A DNA stretch of 64,000 nucleotides from Obrimoposthia wandeli (taxonomy: Eukaryota), in the NCBI GenBank assembly GCA_977020255.1, contig CDROCS010005070.1, positions 186,001-250,000 of the forward strand. Reading direction: 5' to 3'. Both the position numbers and the translations under genes were made by a program. Below the pieces are notes generated by a model, which had not been told where the DNA came from, did no database searches, and saw nothing but the letters and a program-made list of their open reading frames with translations. Shown one piece after another: positions 28,440 to 41,218 of the stretch; positions within the stretch are counted from its first letter, which is position 1; every line of letters begins with the position of its first letter.

Positions 28440-29200
28440 GAGCGCTTCTAAAATCTTGGCACTTTTTCCAAACTTGATAGCTGCGTTAGTCTGACATTAA
28501 AATTCACCTAAACACAAAAAGTGACTTTTTCCTGTATTACAGAAACTAGGTAGTACAGTAGACTTAAAATAGAAAGTATCATTATTGGAGGCCGTTTGGA
28601 ATTTTTGGTTCATGTAAATTATGATTTCATTTATTGAATTAAAATACATGTAACCTTCCCAATTCCATGATTGAGGGGGGGAAATTCTACATTTTCGGCA
28701 TGTCTAAACTTCAGATACTCATTGTTCGAGTTATTGTACAGATATAACACATTCTATTCAGATGCTACCATACATTTGGAACACTAACGTATGGGTCGCT
28801 TATCTGGGAGCCATACATTAATGAATGATGAGGTTCATTTCATCATACCTGATGATTTCCGTGATTCTTCGATCAGGTATTTGCTTCACCAAAGATTTAT
28901 CGATTTTGAACAAGATTTACCAAAGTGATAAAAGCTATTTAAAGTACAATGAGTTCTGTCAATGTGGACTTATTTTCATCTCTTCAGAGAATCCATCTGG
29001 ATTTCAGCTAATATAAACACATATGTCTAACAACCAAGCGAATATATAAAATTCATTCTACTTTTCAGGGAATGGTGTTGAAACTTTATGATACCTTTAG
29101 CAGTTATGTGTGTTGTGCCAATTATTTTTACGGTTTTTTATCAACTATAGGCAAGAGACCGACAATGCTATTAGCCTTGTAAGTTGCAAATAAGATTCCT
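28440..29200 (+). mobile_element. Possible highly degraded non-LTR (CR1/L2-like) fragment
   Basis: Only YGSLIWEPYINE (~28790-28825), resembling the post-RT EY.S.IW.PY motif, within GC-richer decayed sequence. Confidence 0.3.
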
Positions 29201-32200
29201 ACAAGAAAAATACAAGTAAAAAACAGAAATTATTGCTGACTATTGTTATTGCATTTATTGTTGAAAATATAATTTTTTTCGCTGAAAATGATTATTGCTG
29301 TTATTACTGAAGACATAAAGTGTTTTATATGAATTAGTTGAAAATAATTACCAATAAAAATATAACAATTCTAAACACTTCAGTAGATCTGTAATTAAAA
29401 GATCCACATTTTGCTTTTGTGAGATTCATGCACTTTTACATCAGTTTTTCTTAACTAACTAACTACTTACGATCATATTCTAAATATTCTTCAGATTTAC
29501 CTTAGTAGAGTTAAAAATCTATTAAAAAACAACTCGCTTTGTTCTCATCAAATTTATCAAAAGCTTCTTGGTGATTAACAAAAATTATATAATTATAAGT
29601 ATGACGAAAAAATTGAAATGGTAGATAACTGCAATGTTGTTTAAAATTTATATCAGGTGATTTTTTAATTAAAGTAGTTATTTTCTATGATAAAATTTTA
29701 TATGAAAATGAAACATATATTTAGGTAATTTTATGTAGGTGGGAGAGCATATTTCACCATCAGATTCCCATTTCTGTTAACTTGTGATATTAAATAATCA
29801 AATAAATTAAATAGTAATAATTAGGATGACGATGATGGGTGGAAAATGAAAGTAGCAAGGAAAGTTTATAAAAAGTTTTAATATGTTAAAAGAAAAAAGG
29901 AATTGTTTTAAATAATTAAAAAGAAAATAAATGACCTTAATGAAAGTGGTTGTTAATGCTTGGTTTAAAAGTTTGAATGAAAAAAGATTGATTAAAAGTT
30001 GTTAGGGAAAACGATTTAAAAAAAAATTAAAAGTTATGGTGATGAAGATATATTGATTTATGGATATGTTTTTTAGACTTTTGAAAGTTTTTACATCGTA
30101 TGTTATGGCTATACAGTAATTATTCACCTGTAAGGGTATTCATTAAAACATGTTTTTGAGAGAGACCGACACCGAATCACTTATAGATGCATTATTTAAA
30201 AGCTTGGAAAGGTACTATTATAGGTGAAACGTGAAATTTTCGGTGACCGGACACCCTTATAGGTGGGACCCCTTATAGGTGAATAATCACTGTAATCGAT
30301 GTTATGAAAATAAAGTTAAAGGTTTTTATGACTTATAATTCGTCTTATATTATGTATTACGGGAATTTAACAATGGTTATATAACAAAAAATTCAAACAA
30401 TTAATAATAATATAAAAAATAAATTATTACTTGAAAGTCTCTTTTGGTTGATCATGTAAAGCTAGTTGTACGGTGGTTGGATCAGAATTTATTGTTAAAG
30501 AATGTAGTTCATCAATATTGTTAAAGAAATATTTTGCTAAGGATTATTTAAAGGTTTAAAAGAAATAACTTGTTTCTTTTTTGTTCAGATGATGCAATAT
30601 TATTCATTCCAAGTAAAAAATTGTCAACAGTTGATGAATTCAAGCTTATTAAGATTTCATCATTTATAAAAGTTGAAGCATGTTGAGGGAAAATGGAGAT
30701 AAATTGTTGAAACTTTGGTTGCTTAGAATTTGATGTTACAATACAAATTTACACAGTAATTTTTCCAGGTGTTCCTGTGCATTGAATTAGGTTTACTTCT
30801 TAACATATGCAACGAAGAAATAGGAATTAAGTAACCAAAATGAAAGAATAAATTCTATTGATTTTTTCTTTGGTTGATGCTGAAAGTTAATAATTGAACA
30901 GCAATAATGTTCACCGAATTTATTTCAGATCTTGACTCTTGTGAGACCGTCTTAACTAACGGCCCTGATAACTAACACATTAAATATCTGTAATGTAAAG
31001 TTTTAGGACTAAATGTTAATAATACTACATTCAGTGGTTATTTTTTGTTTTTATTTCAATGAATATTTTAAATATATCAAATTAAATCAATTGTGCTGTT
31101 TATCATAACATTTTTAACACTATTTTAACAATCAAGGAAAGTAAATTGAGTTGCAGTCAAAATGTTATGGCTTAAGTTAATAAAATAAAATCATATTTCG
31201 TAATGTTAAAGAATTTTTTTATTCTCACATTAATTTTATTGAAAGTCTCATCTGAATTTTAGATTTTAGTCTAATGACATACTTTTGAAAGTGTTAAAAT
31301 GACTACAATTTAAAAGTAAAGTTTATCAATATAGTCTTTCATTAAGCTAGATTTTAGGTTTTAATTTCAGTTTTAATAAATCAATTGCCAATATAATACT
31401 GTTTTTGAATTCTATTCAGTCTTCACTTTTTTGTTAATGCCCTCAAGACAGTTGTTTGATTGTATAATACGCTGAGTCTATTGAGATTAAAGATTCGGTA
31501 AGATAAATTTTGTTTTACAAATAAATTGAAGTTAACTCATTCTAGTTGTTTCATAGTGTTATCATCTATTGCTAAATCCCATGAGTCCTGTGGCTACCTC
31601 ACGAGTGGGATGATATTGATAGTTACCCTCGATTGAGTCGGTTTTACAAATGGATGTAGAGTCTCATATTAATGTGCGCCTTTGTATTTCTTTTGTTGAA
31701 CTCCATTTTTATTTGTAAAAGATTTACCGATAATTCTTCGAAATAATTTTGGATTTATAAACAAACCATCGGCTAATCAATCTCTATTGTCATTAACACA
31801 AAATACAGTCTCAAGAGTCTATGTTATCGGGAAACATTCAAAATTTCATAAAATAAATAGCAAGATCAAACATCGTACTCAATTTTAGTTTAACTTAATT
31901 TGATTAAATATTGAGTTAATAAAAAATTAAATTTAGAAAATATATGTATAAAACTCTTTCATTTTCTAACACATAATTACAAATTTTAAAGAAATCTCTT
32001 CTCAAATTATATTTCAGCATGCTACAAAATGTTTGACACTGTGTATTCCAAAATGTCCTTGAAATACTAATGATATTCCTACAAGTCATTGAAAATATTA
32101 CAATTTTATTTGTATCTACAGAATAATCCGGTTTTAACAATATTGAATATATCAGATTTTTTTCCTTGAAACTGAGGTTGCCTTAAAATATTACCTAATT

Positions 32201-33599
32201 ACAGAATATTTTCTTTCACATATTCAAAAAATATCGTACAATTAAAATAAATAATATAAAATCTAGTTAAACGTTTAATTTTAAAAAAATCATAATTCAA
32301 TTATATTAATATCACAAAATAAGTCTGAAATCTCATTATGTTCAATTGCTGATATTACAGATATACTTAATTATAAGGGGAAATTATTTTATATAAACCT
32401 TACAAGGAAACGTTGCGCACGGTCATAAAAAGAACTCGGTGAAATTTTAGTATATGATAAACATAATATATTGCAATATTAAAAATGTAGTTTTAGCTGC
32501 TATTTATTAATAATAAAAAAGTTATATGTATTACATTTTTATAAAATAAATTTTATGATTTGGTTTAATTGAAATAATTTAAATCCAAAATTTAAGCGCA
32601 CTAGTTGAAATAGTGTTGCGAATTTTAAAATCCAATAGGAATTTGGTGAGGTTTTATTTTAAACCAATAACCATTTAATATATTTCATTAAATTACTTTT
32701 TATTTGGTATCTATTCATATAATCACATCAGTTTTTCTATAATTTAATATATTTAAACACATTTATAAATGTATTACATAATTATTTCTTTCGATAACTT
32801 TTTATATACCGAAAACTAGCAGATAATGAAATTACTTTTCTATGTAGAATTCATTTCATAATTTTTATACAAATTGCGAACTCCTAATTTTTATGACACC
32901 TAAAGTATGTTTCTTCGTTAGTTAATTTTAAAAAAGACTTGTTTTATAGAAATTACGGATATTTTTCTAAAAATACATGAAATTTTAGAAAGTATTTAAT
33001 TAATGTAAATGTAAAATTATATATATTTTTACAAAACTTGGAACTGGTATTCTGAATTACTGTATTATTATACATTACTAAATTAATAATTATTAATCTA
33101 TATACAATTTCAGGTTTATTGTATAAATTTAAAATGTCGAATTTAGAAAAATATAAATATTAGATTCGGAATTAGAAACAAAAATTATTTTACACGAAAT
33201 TATTGACGATATGGATGCACAAAGTGATACTTTTGAATTTATAACTGATATTTTAACAAATATTTCGAACAAAATGGCATAAAGACAATGACGAGTTATG
33301 AAATAGAAGAATTTATGGAAATAAATCATGACGTATACGAAAATTTGAACAATAATTTATGGAAACGTGAAAACATCCTAATATACATGACAAAGATTTG
33401 CTGCTAATGCTTTTGACATATTAAAAGCAAACTTAAATAAACACTAAATGCCAAATTATTATTAGACTTTGATATTGGAATTAGCAGTTGTAAAAATATA
33501 TTATGTTGACAATCAAAATAAAGATAATTAATAAAATTTGTATCTTTGTGCATTTCGTTCAGATAAATGTTTCATGTTTGTGATAATTTTATTGATTTC

Positions 33600-35232
33600 C
33601 GAACCAGTTTTGTCTGTGATGTTTCATAACCTTATGGGTTATGATATGAATCATATTCTAAAATATGCTGACTTAAAATATAAATCCTTTTCAATTATGC
33701 CTAAATCAAGTAAAAGTTCATGTCCCTCCGTATAGAGATGAAGAGGGGGACATTGAAATTCAATGATTCATACCTTTTTACAACGTCACGTCTTGGATCT
33801 TTAGTTTCATACTTGTCAAGTTGTCTTTATACTACACAATACCTAAACCCTAATATTGCAACAAGTAAGGCAGTATTTCCCTATAAATATATCAGTGGCG
33901 TTGATAGGCTCATGGAGAGTCAGTTACCAGCTAAATCTGAGTTTCAAACCCGAGTCCCTGATCAGCAATATAATGAAGCCCTATGGATGTGGACCGTATT
34001 AGGGTGTAATACTATTAAAGATTACATGCTCGAATATATGAAACTTGACGTATTTGTTGTGTGATGTTTTTGAGGCCTTTAGACAGAAAGTAAGGGATGA
34101 TGATAATTTAGAGGCGCTCAATTTCTTCAGTATTCCCGGTCTCAGTTGGGCTAGCGCATTAAAAACGTTAGAGTAGGACGTACATTTTTTTGCATGATCC
34201 CGAAATGTATAACATGTTTGAGGCAGAGATCCGGGTAGGGATGACTTTCATCAATAAACATTAAGTTAAAACAACAGATGAAACATTCCTCCTATACATT
34301 GACACCAATAACCTATATGACTGGGCCTTGAGTCAACCGTTAACACATACAGATTTTACATGGATATATGATGGTTTGAAGCGATAATTTACGGTAATAT
34401 GCAGGAGTAAAGTCTTAAAAAACATGGATACTTGATGGAGGTTGATTTACACATACATATCAGTATCCATGATAAACTTGATGAATTACCGATTGCTCCT
34501 AATAGAGAAATCCCTCCCGGCTCAAAAGCTTCAAAGCTGTTGATGACTAATGAGGATAAAAATAATTACATCATACACTCACAACTACTACAATTTTACT
34601 TTTTTATGCGAGCAGAAATTAAACAAGTACATAGAGCAATAAAGTTTCATCAAGCTCCGATATTTAAAACGTATATTGACATCAATAGCCGGAATATTGG
34701 TCAAGCTGTATTGAACTTTTCTAAAATACATATGTACCAACTACAATACAGTGATCTTGACCGGTATCGTAAGCAATATCATGGTGATATCAACATAGTT
34801 GCAATGGATACAGACTCGTTTTTCTTAGAGTGTAAGCAAGTAGATACAGATATTCTCTTAAAACAAATTATTAAAGATCAGATGTTAGATACCAGTAATT
34901 ACTCACTCACATACGAGTTAATTAACGATTCTCATCAAAATGTGATTGGAAGGTTTAAAGATGAAAGCAAGTGGACAGTGCTTTATGATGAATAGGTATT
35001 TCTGAAACTGAAATGCTACTCCTTGAAAACGAGTATGAGGGCTAAGGTTATCTCCTTTAAACAAACTGACATCAGGCATGAGCATTTCATCAAGAGTTAT
35101 ATAGATTATGAGATTATAACTGCCGGTCAGACGCGTATTTTATCGTGTTATCATCAATTATTTACAATGTTTAATGATAAAATTGCGTTAAAGTGTTATG
35201 ACGATGAAAGGGTTTGGATTGAGAAAATCTAA
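33600..35232 (+). pseudogene. Polinton/Maverick pPolB remnant 2 (degenerate, internally deleted)
   Basis: VMFHNLMGYD, LKFNDSYLF, KAVFPYKYI, DYMLEYMKLDV, NFFSIPGLSWASALK, LYIDTNNLY.WALSQPL, IGQAVLNFSK, AMDTDSFF, LDTSNY, IGRFKDE, CYDDER. Confidence 0.9.
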
Positions 35233-35600
35233 TTCGTCGCATATAGACACTATAGTCTAAGATAGATGTATAAAATCTGGGGTAACTTCTTGAAAGTATT
35301 GGCTAATATCCTTTTTCTTATTGTAATAAACAGTCATTGTATATATCTTTTTAAACGATAGTATGTATATATTTTTATTGATGTTTATTTTTAATATATT
35401 GTATGTATCATAACCTTGTCTTGACTTCCTACTAGCTCCTCATTTCATTGGATAATTTCAACAAATTCTCTATAAATATATACACCTTTCAACCAATTTC
35501 TCATTATTTCAAATGAAAGATAAATTGAAAGCTATCTATGATAACCTGAGCCCAACCTAGATGACTAAGTATTCTGAAACATACTTTCACCTATTTGTTG

Positions 35601-37150
35601 TGATAGGATTAGGATTTATAAAATTAATTAATTATATATATAGAAAATAGAACCCTGAAAGTAAGGTTAAAGAAAATAAAATAAATAAATGTTAAATGTT
35701 AAATGAAATAAAATTGGATAAATAATATTAGAATAATTTTAGGACCTTGAGGTCATGTTTGTTGTACAAGTATATAAGAAAGTTTAAATTATTAGAAAAG
35801 GCCCAAGAAGTTTAAAATCAAATTAGGAAAATTCATAGAAGCCTCTTACGCTGAGTTACGCTGAGAATCTGACAACTGTAAATTGTCTGGATAAGACAAT
35901 CTTGGAAAAATAGCTCAGAAATTCAATTAGCAGAAATTCCTAGAAGCTACTTACGCTGGGAATCTACCAGGTGCCGTTCGTCTGCACTTAATTCTGGTAA
36001 GTGCATATTTTCTTAAGTAACTGATTACTCTAAATTTTGTCAGTTGCTGAGAATAGATTAGCCCAATCGCAATTGGAATATCGTCAATTAACAGAAAGAA
36101 AATAAGTATTTAAACGAATTCTGAGACATTGAGGATTGATAAAACCGTCTCGCTTAAAAACAGAAAATCATCTTCACAACAGAGTAAGAAGAAAAAGAAA
36201 GGTATTAAGTTAATTTTGAGAAATAAAATCTCATTGCTAGATAGCAGAAGACGTCGAGCAACGGGAAGTCACCTCAAACCAGAAGGGTCGTAACTCGTCA
36301 CTCGAAACAACGGAAGGAAACGCCGAGACGGACAGAAACGGGAAACAACTCGGATCGTACAAATGTGAGGAGCCAAGACGGGAGACTCGAATCCGGATCC
36401 CGTGGACTTATCGCTGTATTAGGAATAGGTGAGAAGTAAATCGGAAATAAAGTCACATTAAATTTTGCATAAACTGTAACATAAAGTTATATTGACTTTC
36501 TAATTTTAACTAATAAATTAAAAAACTAAACCGAAAATTTGTCTGAATTCCATAACATTGGAATTTTATTAATCGTTATTTTCACACTAGTAAAATACGG
36601 AATTTGAAAATTTGCACTCCATCTTTATCAACTTTTACTGTACTGAGTAAAGTCAATTCAGGGAATAGAATCAAAGCAATGTCAAACCAAAAAGGAACTT
36701 GTGGAATTACTAAGTAGAGTTAAAATCAATACGTTAGGTCAGGGTCATCCTTGTTTAACCGTGTAGAGATGAGCGCAGCCGGACAAATTATTGTCGTTGT
36801 AGCACCTTTTTAGTTAAGTGCGAATTATTGTTATTGTCGTACTCTTTAGTCAAGCGTAAATAAATATATTATTTCCTACACAACAAGTTGAGTCAAACGT
36901 TCAACCCACATAAGATTAGAGCGATATGAATCCCTCCACACACCACACTACAATAAGGGAACCCTTTCAGTACCTTGTGCACACAACTCTGTAAACACCT
37001 CACACTACATTAGCATAAAACCTTCAGACTTGAGACTAAGTTAAGTAAGATAAAACTTAATTAGGCCACATCCATATGTAAGCCCTATTGCTACAGAACT
37101 CACGTTGAGGGCTTCCTTAAGAGGATCTAGTTTTGAATAGAAACCCAACA
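35601..37150 (+). mobile_element. Solo LTR B (1550 bp) of the same Gypsy LTR family
   Basis: TGATAGG...CCCAACA flanked by a perfect 4-bp TSD GTTG (35597-35600, 37151-37154). Contains GACC..GGTC hairpin, TATATAAG and G|GTAAGT; 3' end aligns with LTRs A and C. Confidence 0.8.
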
Positions 37151-37587
37151 GTTGCATTAGAACTTTTTATCTCAAGGATTGAAGATTATGATGATGATAA
37201 TGATATTGAATATAATTATGTATGAACATAGACTTTTTTACTAGCCTCCTAATATAAACAATAACCTTTGCAAGATTTAAACTGCGATAGCTGTCCAGTT
37301 ATGCGAGACAGTCTTACTCTTGGAATGGGGTCGCCGTACTAAGAAAATTAAATAGTTGTAAACAAAAACTTAGAGTGGTCAATTGTGCTTAATTTTAACT
37401 TTTAGTTTCAAATTTTAATTTTTAAATTATAATTTCAAAATTTTAATTTTTAATTTTCAAATTTTAACTTTTAATTTTCAAAATGAATCTACTGTAACAA
37501 ATTTTAATTTTAATTTTTCAAAATTTTGAATATTGTTAAGTGTCGGTTCAAAAGCAATAGCACACAAAGCACATACATACTCTCGCT

Positions 37588-37670
37588 CTAGAACAAGGAA
37601 CGAAGAACAAAGTACATATGTAAAGAAAAAACGCATCCAGATGTACTTTGTTCTTTGTTGATTGTTCTAG
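37588..37670. repeat. 83-nt hairpin (30-bp arms, 23-nt loop)
   Basis: CTAGAACAAGGAACGAAGAACAAAGTACAT / ATGTACTTTGTTCTTTGTTGATTGTTCTAG, with 3 non-Watson-Crick positions. Confidence 0.85.
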
Positions 37671-37995
37671 GGAAGGAAGGATATGTGCTTTGTTTGCTAT
37701 TGTTTCAGAACCGACACTTTACACTTCTTACCTGATTATGTATACGAAGGAAATTCTTTCCAGCTTGAAACTGATCCCAGCATGGCTTCTAGAGATGACC
37801 TAGGTTATTTGGTTGCACCAATTTTAGATGAAGAACTATGGAATATTTCAATACGTCTCAATGGATATTATACTGATGACTGGAAAATACAGTTTTTTTG
37901 GGCTTTGAGTGAAGCTAATATTGTGTTTTATGTTGATTTAATAAATGTTTTGAAAGGAATTTTGTCTTGTATTTTGTTTATTCTCCTATAACTAA

Positions 37996-38223
37996 CCTAT
38001 ATATTTTGTCCTTCTAATGTAGTAATTTATTCATCTAAAATATGTTATTAAATGTCCTTCTAAGTGGCATAAAATAGTAGTCATATATTCAGATAAGAAT
38101 ATTATCTGAAATCTCGCTTACGATTAGTCGATTGGCTCAATATGGATTCACGTGGTCTTCTTTAATGACTTTTGAGATCGGATGCATACATGCATGAACT
38201 TTCACTCCAAGTAACATAAAAAT
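37996..38223 (+). repeat. Dispersed repeat copy 2 (copy 1 at 25423-25636)
   Basis: Same shared blocks as 25423-25636. Confidence 0.75.
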
Positions 38224-38586
38224 GTAGTGTGGTATCTCTCCCATTCGGGGAGAGTGGATTAGACAGGACACATGCACAAAATTTCACTCCACACACATGC
38301 ACGGTTTTAAAGGACAGTGGTTCCCTCTCCCGTGAGAGGATTAGATAGGACATATTCACGTACTCGATTTTCTTTGAAAAATTCAGAAATTGAAATATAA
38401 TAATTACAAAAAGTTATAGAATTAATCTTTAAGGAATATTCCACAATTTAGACTTAGGCATATAATTTGTTTATCAAACGATATTCTTTGAGTTTGCTTG
38501 ATAAGTAATTGACTAACCTTTCCTTTTTTAAACCTTCGAAACCTTGGGTGACATTTTTGAATTTATAATTCTAACGTTTAAGGCAG

Positions 38587-39051
38587 GACTCGAGTTTTCA
38601 CTGGAAAAACCTGTTGTCTGAATGATAAACATGTAATTATATAAGTAAATTCAATATATATCCACAAATTGAACTCTACAAATAACAAGTACTAAAATAT
38701 AACGTACAAAACACTTAGAACCGGAATAAAGGATTCCAATAACATTAAATTGCGCTAATAATACAGAGAACCTAAATATATATTTTATTCTAACGAGGTA
38801 ACTACTATATTTTTTAATTAAAATTATTATTTCAAATTATGTTCTTTCTTTACTGGAAGTGAATATTTCTATAGGTTTACTGAGGTTCAAAAGGTTTAAT
38901 TACAATCCTCTGTTCTGGATTTATATAACCTTTGGATTTTATACCTTAGTACAGGTTATTTTCCGATAAAAGTAGATCTATATTGAATTTAGTTTTTTAG
39001 CTGTCTTTGTAATCTACACAGAAAATCTTTTTTCCAGTGAAAACTCGAGTC
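38587..39051. mobile_element. MITE-like element (465 bp) with 23-bp perfect inverted ends
   Basis: GACTCGAGTTTTCACTGGAAAAA at 38587-38609 and its reverse complement at 39029-39051; no TSD recognised. Confidence 0.5.
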
Positions 39052-39919
39052 TTGAATATTATTTGATTAAGTAAACAAATGCAAAGAAAAATAATAAATT
39101 TGTTGACTTTTTTATATTTACTATTAAAATTCATTGCTTATGCATTCTCAAATAAATATTATTTTCTTAATATTTTGAACATATAATTGCATTATAATTT
39201 TCAAAATTCAATATAAATAGTAAATATTCTATTTAGAATCCCAATATGCTGCAATCTAGGCCTGATTAAAGTTCATTTGGTATGGATTTTCAGGTTTTTC
39301 TTTCAGATGAGAATTTGGATAATACTTTATAAGCATCTGATTTCAATGATATTCTCTAGTAAATTTTAAATCAAAAATATGGAAGTGGAGCTACGTATTA
39401 AATATTTAACATTTAGAATTAAATTATTTCATTATTACATTTCATATTGATTTTAAATCAATCCTTATAAATGAAGCCATTAAGTTTCAGAGCAAATGCA
39501 GAGAGCATAGAATGTTAGAAATTCGGTTTTTTGTTTATCTTTGAAAACAAGTTTTTAAGCAATAAAATATTACTTTAAATGAAAGTTACAAATCTGTTTC
39601 CATTTTTTTCGGTTACAAATGAAGCTAGGTTTAGAGTTTGTGAGAACCGTATTGTGTTTTTCTTTCTCGTTCCGGAATTATTTTCGCATTTAAACATTAA
39701 ATAAACTTTTATCGACACTTTAGGTGGGAATTTTATTTCTCAGTGACAATAATTCGATACAGCCTGACTCATTTTTGGAAATATTAAAAGAAAAGCAAAT
39801 CAAAATGGATAAATCAACTTTGCACGAGTTAAAGTTTCCTGTAAAATGAGTTTCTTATTTTATATGTTTAGTTTCCTTGACAAAAAACCGTCACTACAAT
39901 ATTAGTAATTATCGATATA

Positions 39920-41218
39920 CAGGGTGTCCCATAACGAATTACCCATGTTAAAAAACATTATAAAACGATTATAAATTCGATCAAAATCTTCAAGATTTTT
40001 AACTTTGCATGGAGTATATATTTGCTACACATCCTTATTGTTTCGTTTTACTATATCAATTTTATCAATAAGATATGGCGCCAGAAACAAAACGTGCCCA
40101 AATTGTTGCATTAAAAAATGCTGGAATTTCTAACAGTGATATAGTAAAGCAGCTGGGTGTGTGTCGCAAAACTGTTTTCAACGTCTGGAAACGACATAAT
40201 GAGGAGGCTACAACATTTGAGAAACCTAATCTAGGACGAAAAAGGTCAATCCGTACAAAACGAGTTGCTGAAGCTGTGATGAAACGAATCAAGAGGGATC
40301 CCATAGGAGCATGAGAAAATCTGCAAAAGCTATGAATATCTCAAAATCCTCAATGCATATGATATTTAAAAAGGATTTACTGATGACTGCATACAAAAAG
40401 CAATCTAGGCAGTTAATTTCAGGTGCTTCCAAGAAGAAACGGCTCAACAGGGGCATAATTATGTTAGCAGAAATGAAGCGCGCCGGCGAAAAAAAATGTA
40501 TCTGGTCTGATGAGAAGATCTTTACCGTGGAGGCAGTTGCTAATAAGCAAAATGATAGAATTTACGCACGTCATTCTACAGATCTTCCCGAAGGTAGCAG
40601 AACACATTTCAAGCGACAGAAACCAGCTGGAGTCATGGTGTGGGCTGCAGTTGCTTCTGATGGGTCTAAGTCCCCTCTGATATTCGTCGATGAAGGTGTT
40701 AAGGTGAACACTAATGTATACATCAAAATTTTGGATGAAAACGTGTTACCCTGGATCACTAGCACATTTGGAGAGCATTATGTATTTACTCAAGATGGTG
40801 CACCGGCTCACACGTCTAATTTGATTCAAAAATGGTGTAAAGATCATTTTTCTGAATTCTGGGACAAGAACGTATGGCCTCCCTCAAGTCCAGACATTAA
40901 CCCAATGGACTTTTCTATTTGGTCTATCTTAGAGAGCAATGTTTCCTCTAAATCATACTCAAATGTAGCTGCTCTAAAATAAGCCCTTCTTAACACATGG
41001 TCCAAGTTTGATGAGGAGGTGGTGCGGCGATCTTGTCAATCAGTGACCACTCGTTTACAGGCTATGGTGAAAGCAAGAGGCGGCCATTTTGAGATTTGAC
41101 TATTTTAATATATTGGTAAAATATATGTAAACGTATGGTCCGAGTTTTATTATTCTATCTTAAGTTAACATTGAATAATTTAAAAAAAAACATGGGTAAG
41201 TCATTATGGGACACCCTG
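39920..41218 (+). mobile_element. Tc1/mariner superfamily, maT (DD37D) element, full length
   Basis: TA-flanked TIRs CAGGGTGTCCCATAA..TTACCCATG / CATGGGTAA..TTATGGGACACCCTG; transposase inside. Confidence 0.95.
40075..41099 (+). pseudogene. DD37D transposase with one frameshift (~40305) and one premature stop (40980-40982)
   Basis: HTH N-terminus; WSDEK, QDGAPAH, SPDINPMD with 37 residues between the 2nd and 3rd Asp. The frame continues past the TAA to ..ARGGHFEI*. Confidence 0.92.
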
